A DNA stretch of 64,000 nucleotides. Origin: Heterodontus francisci (taxonomy: Eukaryota). The stretch is taken from positions 7,130,001 through 7,194,000 of the forward strand of contig NC_090404.1 of the NCBI RefSeq assembly GCF_036365525.1. Direction: 5' to 3'. Under the pieces are notes generated by a model. The model was given only the letters and a program-made list of their open reading frames with translations, ran no database searches and was not told the origin of the DNA. The position numbers and the translations under genes are program-made. How positions within the stretch are numbered: the stretch's first letter is position 1; each line of letters begins with the position of its first letter. Positions 24,711-36,040 of this stretch are shown here, piece by piece.

Positions 24711-25028
24711 CCTGAGATCCGGTGATGTTTCGGCTTTGGGTGACCGCTTGATGGGAGACCTGGCAGGTATAGACCGTGTTGGTGAACCATTCCCCTGCGG
24801 GGACTGTCAGCCGACTGGTCGCTGAGAAGTTTCCGTTCACTTCACAGGCGGGAGAGGTGACGAAGCCCGAATCCATGGATTGTCCATCCTTCAACCAACT
24901 CACGGTTATTGACTCTGGATGGAAATCGATGATTGAACACAAGACAGTTGCAAATCTGCTGCTTGTGATTTCTTCACTGGAAGTCTGGGTGAGGAGAACA
25001 GTTGGATGGACGATGTCGCCTTGACAAT
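24711..25028 (-). CDS. IGHM: IgM Cmu2 exon
   Basis: aag|(D)[64 protein letters not shown]|gtaaga; 318 nt. Confidence 0.96.
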
Positions 25029-25231
25029 CTTCAAGAAAAACATGTTAGACATTTCTAGAAGAAATTAATAACTAATGCAAACTGTTCTTTCATTTTAACA
25101 GATGTCAAGCAGACACTAACTGGAATCTTCAGGAATTAGAACAGTGCACAGTGCTCTAAATGTAATATAGCCGAAGCTCTACAAAAGATCATTCTAGCTT
25201 TTCAGTTTTTCACAGTTTCCACAACACTAAC

Positions 25232-25528
25232 CTGGAATTTCCTTGATCCAGACTGACTCTCCGCGTCGAACCTCGCAGTAGATTTTGCTGCTTCCCACCT
25301 CTGACTCGGTGATGGTTAACTGGCTGCTCAGGGTGTAGGTTCCCTTCTTGTTCAGCACTGACGGGTAAGTCTTCAGTCCAGTGGTGATCGTCTCTTGATC
25401 TTTCTTCCAGGAAACGCTGGTGATTTGGGGGATGTAGTCCATCGCCAAACAGCCGTAGGCAACGGAGCCACCGGTGTTGGGTTGTTCACAGGAGCACAGA
25501 CCATAAAGTGTCGGGGGAGACGGTGTCG
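25232..25528 (-). CDS. IGHM: IgM Cmu1 exon
   Basis: cag|(A)[45 protein letters not shown]|gttagt; 297 nt. Confidence 0.96.
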
Positions 25529-26263
25529 CTGGGAAACAATGGCAGATTGAACAAGTTAGACTCTGTGATTCTTGCTTATTAAGTAACCAGACACATCGGA
25601 ATTTAACTCCAGCTAGAAACTGATTCCAATATTTTCCGATTGAAACCTTCATCCACATTTCAGCTTCATTTAGATCCATCGTTTGGTGATAATCGCCTGT
25701 CGGTCCCCTGGTTAGGAAAACACCTCTCTTTCAGGACCTGTCACATTACAAAATTAAGAGCCTTTTGAAGTCATCTCAATAAAGTACCCTCCATTGGACT
25801 GATCTGGAAGAGGAGATTCCCCACTATTTCAGCTAGTACTTATTTCTAAACCAACAGCACCTTGCCAAAAAAAAAGCACTCGGCATTTATTAATTGCAGT
25901 TTTTGGAAATTTACTCTCTGCAAATTGACTGCTGGTTTTCCCCACCCCTCCACATACCACCACCACCCACCCCCCACCCCTCCACCCCACGCCCACCCCC
26001 ACCTCTCCCCACCCCCAAATAGCGGCAACTCTTAAAAAGAGGCATCGCAATGTGTGCTTATAAAACGAGTTTATAACCCGAAACTTGACTCCCAGGCAAA
26101 GTCCTTTCATTATTTCCCCATAAAAAAACCTACAACAAATCCTGGCATGTACATGACCCAGGATTATAAAATAATAGAAATGATAGCAGAGAAATAGGCC
26201 ATTCGGTCCATCAAGCCTGTGAAAGATCACTCCAGCGATCCCGCTGACCTTCCAATTACTAAT

Positions 26264-26430
26264 TTAAAGCAACATACTGCGGATGCTGGAAATCGGAAAT
26301 AAAAACAAGAAATGCTGGAAATGCTCAGCAAGTCTGGCAGTATCTGTGGAGAGAGAAACCGAGTTAACGTTTCAGGTCAGTGACCCTTCAACAGTGACCT
26401 GCTGAGTATTTCCAACATTTCTTGTTTTTA
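26264..26430 (-). mobile_element. Solo Penelope pseudo-LTR with short inverted segment and hammerhead-like motif
   Basis: Same pLTR sequence as 7040-7170; flanked by ttccaattactaat (26250-26263) and ttccaattcctaat (26431-26444). Confidence 0.78.
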
Positions 26431-27429
26431 TTCCAATTCCTAATCTTCTTTTCTAAAGTTCCATTTTATCCAGCTATGTTAGATTCTGTTGACAGCTCTC
26501 TTTCTGATAGGACATCCCAGATCCTAACAACCCCCTGTGTAGAAAAGTAGATTCATACCCTCTTCCTTCATTCTTTTGACGCTGATTTTAAATCAGTGCC
26601 CTCTGCAGTCCAACTCACTGATCTGGGCAAATTGGTTTCGAAATTTCTGGATAAAACATTCATTATTCAAAACACCTCTACATGACTTCATTTTAATCTT
26701 CTATGTTCCCACAACAATAAAGAACTTTAACAATAAATAGTTGAAGTCTCCTTTGAAACATGGACTGAATCATTTAGTACACAGATTTCAGAGGGGAATG
26801 TTTACACAACCTAGTTTCTGGAATTAAAATTTTAGATGACTCGGCATTGACTCCAGACTATCAGTTTCCTTCTCAGTACTTGAAGATTGTGATTTGTGTT
26901 CTAGCTTTACTGAATGGATCTCTCCCGAGTTTGCTGCTCCCTCCAGCTCAATTAATAATCCGAAATAAATCCGATTCCTAAATATCAGTTATCTGGAATG
27001 ATGTTCTTGAAATGGTCCATTTAATTTTCCAAAGTATGTTCCCACCCCTCACCAGTGAGAACTGGTGTTGCAGAGTGTGCCGTTACAGACACATCTTCTT
27101 GTAGCTTACACCGACCATAATGTGAACATCAGGAGAGGTTTCTTCTATAAATATCTGATATTCACATTACTTACACATTACACATCGAGTGAATATCAGT
27201 AATTTCCAGGCAAGGGAGGACAAAAGTTCCTGAAGTGTTATTGCTGACATGGCCAACTCTCACTTCTGTTTTGTGTGGACAATTCAAACACTTGAGGCTT
27301 ATTGGTCAGATATTGAAAGCTCGCTCACCAAAAGGATGGAAAAGAGATTGTCGATGTTGGTGGCACAAAGGTTGGACAGATGGGCTCTCAAATGACATTA
27401 GATAACATACCACATAAGAGAACATTCAG

Positions 27430-27738
27430 AAAATTTAGAAATACAGCACTGAAACAGGCCCTTCGAGTCTGTGCCGACCAACAACCACTCATTTATACTA
27501 ACCCTACAGTAATCCCATATTCCCTACCACCTACCTACACTAGGGGCAATTTACAATGGCCAATTTACTTATCAACCTACAAGTCTTTTGGCTTGTGGGA
27601 GGAAACCAGAGCACCCGGAGAAAACCCACACAGACACAGGGAGAACTTGCAAACTCCACACAAGCAGAACCCAGAATCGAACCCGGGTCCCTGGAGCTGT
27701 GAGGCTGCGGTGCTAACCACTGCGCCACTGTGCCACCC
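27430..27738 (-). mobile_element. tRNA-derived V-SINE (HE1-like), near full length
   Basis: Minus begins GGGTGGCACAGTGGCGCAGTGGTTAGCACC..GGTTCGATTC; same family as 21333-21669. Confidence 0.88.
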
Positions 27739-27789
27739 ATTTGGGGAGTAGAATTTCGAAGTTCGAGAATTATACGAAACAAATTGTGA

Positions 27790-28650
27790 GCAGGATAGTA
27801 ACAGAGTTCAGGAGGACATAGACAGACTGGTGAAATATTCAGAGACAGAGCAGATGCAATTTAATGCGGTTAAATGTGAAGTGCTGGACTTTGAGGAACA
27901 ACAGGGAAAGCTAATGCAATGTAAGTGGTACTATTTTGAAGGGGGTAGAACGGTAGAGGGGCCTGAGGTGCATATTCACAATGTTTTGAAGATGGTTAAG
28001 AAAGCAAATAGAACATTTGGTCTTGTAAAATGGATTATTGAATACAAACAAGGAAGTCATATTAAAGCTTTGCAAGTCACTGATTAGGCTGGAGTATTTT
28101 TTGCACAATTCTGGCCATCACACTTTCGGAAGAAGGTCACGGCTTTGGGGAGAGTGCAGAGGGAGTTTACCAGGATGATGTCAGGAATGAAGGAGTTCAG
28201 TTATGTAGAGAGATTATACAAGTTGAAATGTTCTCCTTCGCTGGATACCGAATAGGCATGTTCAAAATTATGGGATGTCTTGATGTAGCAGATAAGGAGA
28301 AACTGTTTCCTCTGGCAAGTGGGTCAGTGGCAAAATAATTAATTGGCAACAAAATGGAGTGTGGGCGGGGTGGTGGCTGCAGAAGGAGGTCTCTTTACTG
28401 ACAGAAGGTGATTTTCACAGAAGCATAGAACGGTTACAGCACAAAGGGAGACCATTCAACCCGTCGTGTCGATGCATGCTCTCTGTAAGTGCATCTGGAA
28501 TGCACAAGGCACCAGGACATGTCCTGGAAGGAGACTACATTTCATGGTTATGAGGGGGGAAATGGCTTGTAGGATTAAATTGGAGAGCTCTTTAAGAGCT
28601 AACACAGGCATGGCGGGCTGAATGGCCACATTACGTACGAGAAGATTCTG
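27790..28650 (+). mobile_element. Old CR1-like LINE 3' fragment(s)
   Basis: QMQFNAVKCEVL, VKKANRTFG; CR1-like tail. Confidence 0.7.
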
Positions 28651-29349
28651 TGATCCTACCCGACTCAGTAGAGTTAGTTCTTCCAAATTCAATGGGAGGA
28701 AAGGCTTCATAAATTTGAACATCTCTGACATTTGTTTCTATTGCTTATTATAATGAAAGAGGATTTTTAAAATAAGAGGATCTGAAAGATTTAATAGAAG
28801 TGAGTCAATCAGATACCGTCGGAGACTTAAAGTTTGTGATTGACATTGATTGCAGGCTAACTGTATCACTTCAAAAGTTACACAGAAGCTTACTTCAGTG
28901 GCTTTGTGCCCTCTGCTGTGACCCAGTCCAATAACTGCATCTCAGAGTTTATCACTGCCTGTTATCTTTTGAAAATACTTGAACGAAATACTGGTTTTAA
29001 ACATGAGATTATCATGATGGTTATTTGGAGCAGGAGTCTCGACTTTTCTCCATTTAAATCGCCAAAAGGTCTTCCAGCCTCATCAGATCAGAACAGGTGC
29101 TGTTCTCTGGAATGTTACAGTCACTTCCTGCAACTTTTTGTTCTGAAAGCGCTCTCAAAATCAGACCAATTTCATTCAATAATTATCTGATGCTTAACAT
29201 TTTAAAATATTATTAATTCATTAAAATTTGGCCATGAAAGAATATTAATACCAATTAATATGCGTTGTTTAATCTGGGCAATGGAACGATTTATTTTCAT
29301 ATATCTGGGTCAAGAACTCACAAGTTCTAAGTTAGATGCAGATTAAGGA

Positions 29350-29760
29350 TCCTTGGAACACTGGGGAAAACACTCTCAGGTCAGGTACAGGAAAGATAAG
29401 CGATCGAGTAAAGACCCCTTTGTACGGCCCTGTCATGAGCTGCAAGGTCAGACATCGCAAGTGTTATATTCGGAGGAAAGCCGCCTCTACACTACACTGT
29501 CGCTCTGGGTCAGGTACAGCACTAGTTTAATATTTTAAAAAATAGTTCCCTCTACGCTGTCCCATCAAATACATCCAGGACAGGTTGAACCAGGTTTAGG
29601 TACAGAGTAATTTCTCCCTCTACCCTTGCCTCATCAAACGGATCCAGGATAGTTACAGTATGCATTAAGTATGCAGTAAAGCTTCCCCTACATTGCCGAA
29701 TCAAACACTCCCAAGGGAGGTACATTGCTGATTACAAACTGACCAAATATCCTTCTACAG
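29350..29760. repeat. ~60-bp minisatellite, degenerate
   Basis: catcaaacactccc..caggtacag..gagtaaag units. Confidence 0.7.
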
Positions 29761-30196
29761 TCTGTCTGCCGTGTCTCTGAAGTGTTATCTCTGATTGTCA
29801 CAGACTGGAATACTGATCTCATTGCTGAGGCGCCTCATCAAACTTAAAGTCAAAACTTTAGGTTTCTCACAGATACAAGCTTCTTAAATAAATGGATCAA
29901 GTTGCAGGAGAACGAATCAGACTGTTTACCACCTGTAGGGAGGGCTCCTCGTCCCGACACAGTAAGCAGGCGCACAGAAACTGAACAGGCACAAACGATG
30001 CAACAATCGGGCTCTCAGCAGATAGATCTGTTCAATCCGTCAATTTCAATGAAGCTGTTTGATTCTAATTTATCAATTGTCAAATTGTGACCACTCCAAG
30101 TCTGGAAGCTCTTTGAAATTAAACTGATAGTCATTTCCAAAACTCCCTTCGACCTCCAAATGTTTCTCCCTGTCTGTTTGCAATCTTAAAAACGTG

Positions 30197-31105
30197 TATG
30201 AAAATTCTGAAGGAGAGAATCTATCTCCACTTGGCGAGGCAAAATTTGATTAGGTTATGGTCAGCATGGCGATGTCAAATGGAATTTAACGCTGAAAAGT
30301 GTGAGGTGATACACTTTGGAAGGAGTAATGTGACACGGAAGTATTCAATGAATGACCTGACACTGGGAAGTTCTGAGGAATAAAGGGATCTTGGCGTGTT
30401 TGTCCATAGAACTCTGAAGGAAGAAGGGCAGGTTAATAGGGTGGTGAAAAAGGCATATGGGACACTTGCCTTTATCAATCGAGGCATAGATTACAAAAGC
30501 AGGGAGGTCATGTTGGAGTTGTACAGAACTTTGGTAAGGCCACACTGGAGTACTGTGTGCAATTCTGGTCGCCACATTATAGGAAGGATGTGATTGCACT
30601 GGAGGGGGTGCAGAGGCGATTCACCAGGATGTTGCCTGGGATAGAACATTTAAGCTATGGAGAGAGGTTGGATCGGCTTGGGTTATTTTCGCTGGAGCAG
30701 AGAAGACTGAGGGGTGACCTGATCGAGGTGTACAAGATTATGAGGGGCATGGACAGGGTGTAAAGGGAGCATCTGTTACCCTTAGTTGAAGGGTCCATTA
30801 CGAGGGGACAGTAGTTAAAGGTGAGGGGTGGGAGGTTTAAGGGGGATCTGAGGAAGAACTTACTTTTTTACCCAGAGGATGGTGACGTTCTGGAATGCCA
30901 CTGCCTGGGTGGGTTGTCGAGGCCGGTTGCCTCACATCCTTTAGAAAGTACCTGGATGAGCATTTGGCACGTCACAACATTCAAGGCGATGGGCCACGTG
31001 CTGGCAAATGGGATTAGGTAGACAAATCAGGTGCCATTAATGCATCGGTGCAGACTCAATGGGCCGAATGGCCTCTTCTGTACTGTATTATTCTGTGATT
31101 CTGTG
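30197..31105 (+). mobile_element. CR1-like LINE 3' fragment in the J-Cmu1 intron
   Basis: [45 protein letters not shown]; tail gggccgaatggcctcttctgtactgtattattctgtgattctg. Confidence 0.9.
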
Positions 31106-34076
31106 AGAAAGTTTCCCTTAAAATGAGTACATCAAAACAATCCACATTCAGGAAACTTTGATGTCGGTGACAGGAACTCAGTGACAGATAAAGAATTTAG
31201 CAAATCAGGAGACATTTAATTGCAAACAGATTACCCACTGGTTTGATACAATTTCAGAACTAAATGTTACCAAAAAATCATTGAAGCAATACACAAAGTT
31301 AATTAAAATCAGCGGTGAAACCTTATCGAGCTGAGAATCGCTGAGTAAGAAATGTATTGTTCTCTAAATTATTTTTGGACATCATTCAAAATTCTCTCCG
31401 GCCCTTGCTATTTTGCAATCATTGGAATCCTGGGAGGTCATTTATGTTTACTGAATTAGCGCTATTATATTCTAGGCTAATATTTAGGTTACCTGATTTT
31501 ACACTGTAATTTTGAGCATTAGTTAATATTAATTCAAGACCAATTTCTGTGAAATTATCGGATTTTAATTAAATCAATATGACATTTAATCAATATTAAA
31601 TAATAGACGTCATATTGATTGATGAAAACATTCAGACAAATATATTACTTAATCGAATCACAGTTCAATAATTTAAAATGAAAAATAATTTCTACTTCGG
31701 CCCTGCTTTCAATCTATAAACTTGGAAACTGCGCATGTATCTGAATGTGTTGATATATCATAGACTCTGTCTAATCTCAGCGAGTATTTCACACGATGGA
31801 TTTAAGAGTGGAATATTTTAAATAGTTTCAAGCCAGGCCAGGGTCACATCTCACTAACTGTTCATGGGCTGTAACATCCGCTGTTCATGAAAGCAGGACT
31901 CTGGTGTTTAAATATTGTCATAAATCTTAATCATATAAGAAAAAAATCAAAAACATCCGGACAGTTTGCGATCAGGAACTGTGCTGCCTCTATTTAATCA
32001 GACAATGTTTTTATATTTTATTCTCGTAATGCACACAATCCCCGTAAATTAATTGGTAAATATATTCTGGTTTTTTTTATTGAAAGAAGCTCCAAAATGA
32101 TCACTGTAAAATTGGACGAGAATAATTCTTTCAGATCATCTGCGACATTTCAAACTTAATGAACAAATGTAGCCCAGATTTTGCTGATCAATTTAATATT
32201 TCATAAGAATTAAGCATAACTCTCAGGTATAATCTGTTCTTTGTCTATAATTCTATCCTGTGTGCAGCATAACTGTGGGAGACAGGATGTTGTTACTGAA
32301 TTAAAAACTAACATTAACCTTTTGTAATTAATTGAATCTGCTTGAATTTCAAGGGGTTATTTGTTTGCCTCCAGCCTTACGCAGTTTGCAAGTTTCTTCA
32401 ATTTAAACAAAATCATATCTGCAATTCTTTGACTGCCAACAACTTCCTGTCTCAGGAAAATTGTTAATATTAGATTAGTGATAATTATCTCACTATCCAA
32501 CAACAAATGATATTTAAGGAAGAACATGGTTTGGGCTGCACGCAAAGAATGTAATAACCGGACAGAGATATTACACTGACAAACTGCAATTTACAACTCC
32601 TATTGAAGTTATAAGTAAAGACAAGCTGTAATTCACTTGTTTTAATCAGAAATATAACAATTAATTCAAAATCGTTCATCAAATTGAACACAGCACTAGA
32701 ATAAGTACACTCTTATTGAAATAATTTCAAGCATAAATTAAAATTGTCTGCAGCCCATAACATTTCTGGTCACGATAATTGTGCGCATGGCACACCAGAA
32801 CTGTGAAAGTCGATTAATGAATAATGAATCGATGTTAATATTAAAGCATATTTGGTTTATATGATGAGATATTGCCGCATTAAAACTGTTTGAATTACAT
32901 TAACTTTACTCTCCAATCTGCAAACCTTCTAATTATGCAGTTTGTAATTGCAGTAACATTTAACGGACTTTCACGTCACAAACCGTGGCTTAATAGTTTA
33001 ACCTGTAATTATCAGTTAAATTTTTAAAATGCCATGAAATATCTTAAAATATTATTTCTCATTTCTTTCAAACAGTTTTAAACACGTAGAACGTTTCAAT
33101 TCGATCAGAAAACCTGCAGCCGCTCGCTCGAGATTAAACAATGTAGAAACACCAAACTGTTTCACAAATTTTACTTATTCAAAGTAACACACTCTCTTCA
33201 GCAGATAAACACCAAATCACATCACTGAGGAACTGAATCCCACCACAGTACATTTCATGGAGAAGCAGCTTAATTCTACAAATACTTCCAGCAGAATGAA
33301 ATGTAATATTGCAAAAAAAAATCTCAATGCAGAATCCACCGAGCCCGCCTGTACCTGACCTAACTAATTATTAAAATGATCAGATATATGAAACAATGGT
33401 CGCAGAATTGTTAGTAGACAGAACATGTTTAATAAATTAATATGAGTCCATGGCATAATCCATTGATGTTGGCTGATATCACTGCAGTATAATAACGAAG
33501 ATTATATGAATTTAAATCTGACCAAAGCTGCAAGTTTGTTATTTATGTAGCTTTTAATTACATCAAAATTTATTGTATTACATGTGAGCATTCCTGAGCA
33601 GTAGATTGATAGATGGCAATTTAATTACCACAAATATGAATCAAAATATTGTAAGACTATTTTTAACCGTTGAAGCTTTCTGCCTATACTTTTATTTCAA
33701 ACATATTTAAACACTTATTGTTTGCGCTAGACTAGAAAACCTGCAGTGACTAAATGTCAGCAAGATAAATCCTTGCAGAAATGTCGAACAGTTGAACAAC
33801 AGTTCGGTATTTAAAGTAGCACAGACACACCATCTCATCAACAAATTAACACCAAATCACATCAAACAGTAACTGAATCCTTCAACAGCACAGCCTGTGG
33901 AGAAGCCGTTAAATTCTCTAATCCCTTTGCAGCAAAATCACATGAAACATTGCACCAAATCTCAATACAGAATCCACCGACTCCACATTTCAGTGAACTA
34001 AGGTATCGTTAAAATAAACAGAAATATAAATAAAAACACGAATAAAACAGTTACTGAATAAATGCATGTTTCTTAC

Positions 34077-34124
34077 CTGCAGTCACCGTCACCATGGTCC
34101 CTTGTCCCCAGTAGCCCATGGCGT
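34077..34124 (-). CDS. IGHJ: IgH J segment (AMGYWGQGTMVTVTA)
   Basis: WGQG motif; donor G|gtaaga at 34076. Confidence 0.96.
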
Positions 34125-34163
34125 CACAGTGTTACATTCCCTGGGCTGGGTCACACAATAACC
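34125..34163 (-). other. JH 23-RSS
   Basis: Plus strand CACAGTG 34125-34131, 23-bp spacer, ACAATAACC 34155-34163. Confidence 0.95.
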
Positions 34164-34489
34164 GGCTCTGCACAGAATAGAGAGAAATCCATCATTATTT
34201 TAAATATCCATACCCCAGAGGCAAAATAAAATCTTGATGGTTCTTTGTAAAATTATATCTGCATTACTGATTTTTTTCACTCTTTATAAATTTCCCTGAT
34301 GTTTTATATTTCACACAGTAACATATCAGCAATTATTGAAATCACCAACTGATGAATGAGTAATTAATCAGTTTATCCATAATAAACCGTGCAAGGAGGA
34401 CAGTGCTGGACACAAACAGTACTTCACTGTATATACAGTTGGATTGTAAAAGCGAGCACTGACCCAGACTCGTCAATTAGTGCTGAGGG

Positions 34490-34558
34490 AGTTTTTGTTT
34501 TGACAGTAACTGCTGTGCCACCCAGAATATCACAGTGAACCACACCGTGTCAAATACT
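34490..34558 (-). other. IGHD: IgH D2 segment ATATTCTGGGTGG (34518-34530) with 12/12 RSS
   Basis: 5' RSS: CACAGTG 34531-34537, 12 bp, TCAAATACT. 3' RSS: CACAGCA, 12 bp, ACAAAAACT (to 34490). Confidence 0.93.
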
Positions 34559-34871
34559 GCAGTGGACTGTTAACTGTAAAATACAGAGATTAAATTCCAC
34601 AGCGTCCTCAAAAACCTGATTCCGACTCCCCTAAGAGTATATCGGTGAGATAATTCAGTTTATACCCGTCATTATATTTATAAAGGGGATTTGAATACTT
34701 CTGAAGCATCTGTACTGATTTAGCGTGACAGTCAGCACTAATTACGCAGGAGACTTTTATACATTTTTACAAATCTATATTATATTTCCCCAGTATTTTT
34801 ATTTAATCCTCATTGTTTACGGACCATCTCCCGTGTTAGTGATCACTGGTTGGTGCAAACTCCATGTATGG

Positions 34872-34952
34872 GGTTTTTGTGTGAGGAATTCGCTCTGTAC
34901 AGCACCGTGACCCACTGTAGTACCCACAGTGACACGAACCTGCACAAATACT
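34872..34952 (-). other. IGHD: IgH D1 segment GGTACTACAGTGGGT (34910-34924) with 12/22 RSS
   Basis: 5' RSS: CACAGTG 34925-34931, 12 bp, ACAAATACT. 3' RSS: CACGGTG, 22 bp, ACAAAAACC (to 34872). Confidence 0.95.
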
Positions 34953-35333
34953 GCACTCACTCTGTTAAGTACTGCCTCTCACCATTCGCTTCATCTCGAA
35001 ATCCACTTCTGATCTAGTTCGGAATATATCCAAAAGTTTACACCACGCAGTAGGAAGTGACTCCAAGTAACTCGCTCCAGGTCACAGTCACATTAAAACT
35101 AGCATCTTATCCAGATCTGCAATTGCCGATACTGTTAACATTAAAATCAGCACAGCCAAAATTACTCATCAGTACTTCGATCAGTGTCTTAGATTTGAAC
35201 CATTGAATTTTCACTGTGCTAGTTGTGTAAGAGACGGTCTCTGGTCTTTTTCTGAACACTGCCGTTAATATTGTATTTAATACAATTACTGACCGTTAGA
35301 TTATGATGGAAGTTGTTGAATTCCCTCTCCATG

Positions 35334-35372
35334 TGTTATTGTACGGGTCCAGCCCTGGTTCTTCTCATTGTG
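35334..35372 (-). other. VH 23-RSS
   Basis: CACAATG 35372-35366, 23-bp spacer, ACAATAACA 35342-35334. Confidence 0.93.
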
Positions 35373-35677
35373 ATCTCTGGCACAGTAATAAATGGCGGTG
35401 TCTTCGGTCTTCAGTTTCTTCATCTCCAAAGCGAAGATGTTTTTTGAAGTGTCTTTGGATGCAGTAAATCGATCTTTAATCTCTGGGGCGTAAGCATTGT
35501 CGGATGAACTATAGTAGTAAACTATCCACTCCAGCCCCTTCCCGGGAAACTGTCGGATCCAGTACATGTTGTAGCTGCTAACAGTGAATCCGCTGGTTTT
35601 ACAGGTCAGTCTCAGGGAGCCTCCTGGTTTCCCGGTCTCTGCCTCTGGCTGAGTCAACACGACATCCGAATGGACAC
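35373..35677 (-). CDS. IGHV: IgH V exon (IgM-type VH)
   Basis: cag|(R)[61 protein letters not shown]; open frame. Confidence 0.98.
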
Positions 35678-35805
35678 CTGTCAAAAATATTTTTAAAAAC
35701 CCGAGGATTAATCCTGGTGAAAGTATTCCTGACTCGTAACATTCCAGAGAGAGACTAACACTGAGACGGGAACAGTGAGAGACTCAGACAATAAAAACTA
35801 CTCAC

Positions 35806-35851
35806 GGGATAAAAAAACCAGTAACAGACTGAGAGAAATCGCCGACCTCAT
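35806..35851 (-). CDS. IGHV: VH leader exon MRSAISLSLLLVFLS
   Basis: 46 nt, phase-1 donor C|gtgag; 128-nt intron to the V exon. Confidence 0.93.
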
Positions 35852-35940
35852 CCTTCTGGCAATTCAGGGAAAATGGTTCTGGTAAGAACTCACTGAGCAA
35901 ACCCACTCCCGGACTGTTGTATTGCGGTCCCAGTGACCTG

Positions 35941-36040
35941 CATTTAAATACCTGGCAGAAGGAGGCGAGGTTCCAGGCTCCGCCCATAGATTCCCTGATA
36001 GAGGCGGTTACTGGATCCACGTCCCACCTTCCACATCACT
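35941..36040 (-). promoter_or_regulatory. VH promoter (TATA-like box; no Ig octamer seen)
   Basis: TATTTAAATG 35950-35941; AGTGATGTGG 36040-36031 and GGGACGTGG upstream. Confidence 0.55.

Noticed and set aside
21333-27738. tRNA-like sequences in two SINE heads
   Set aside because: They continue into SINE body and tail; not tRNA genes.
34400-34445. cactgta/tacag near D2 as a possible third D
   Set aside because: Heptamers are non-canonical and lack correctly spaced nonamers.
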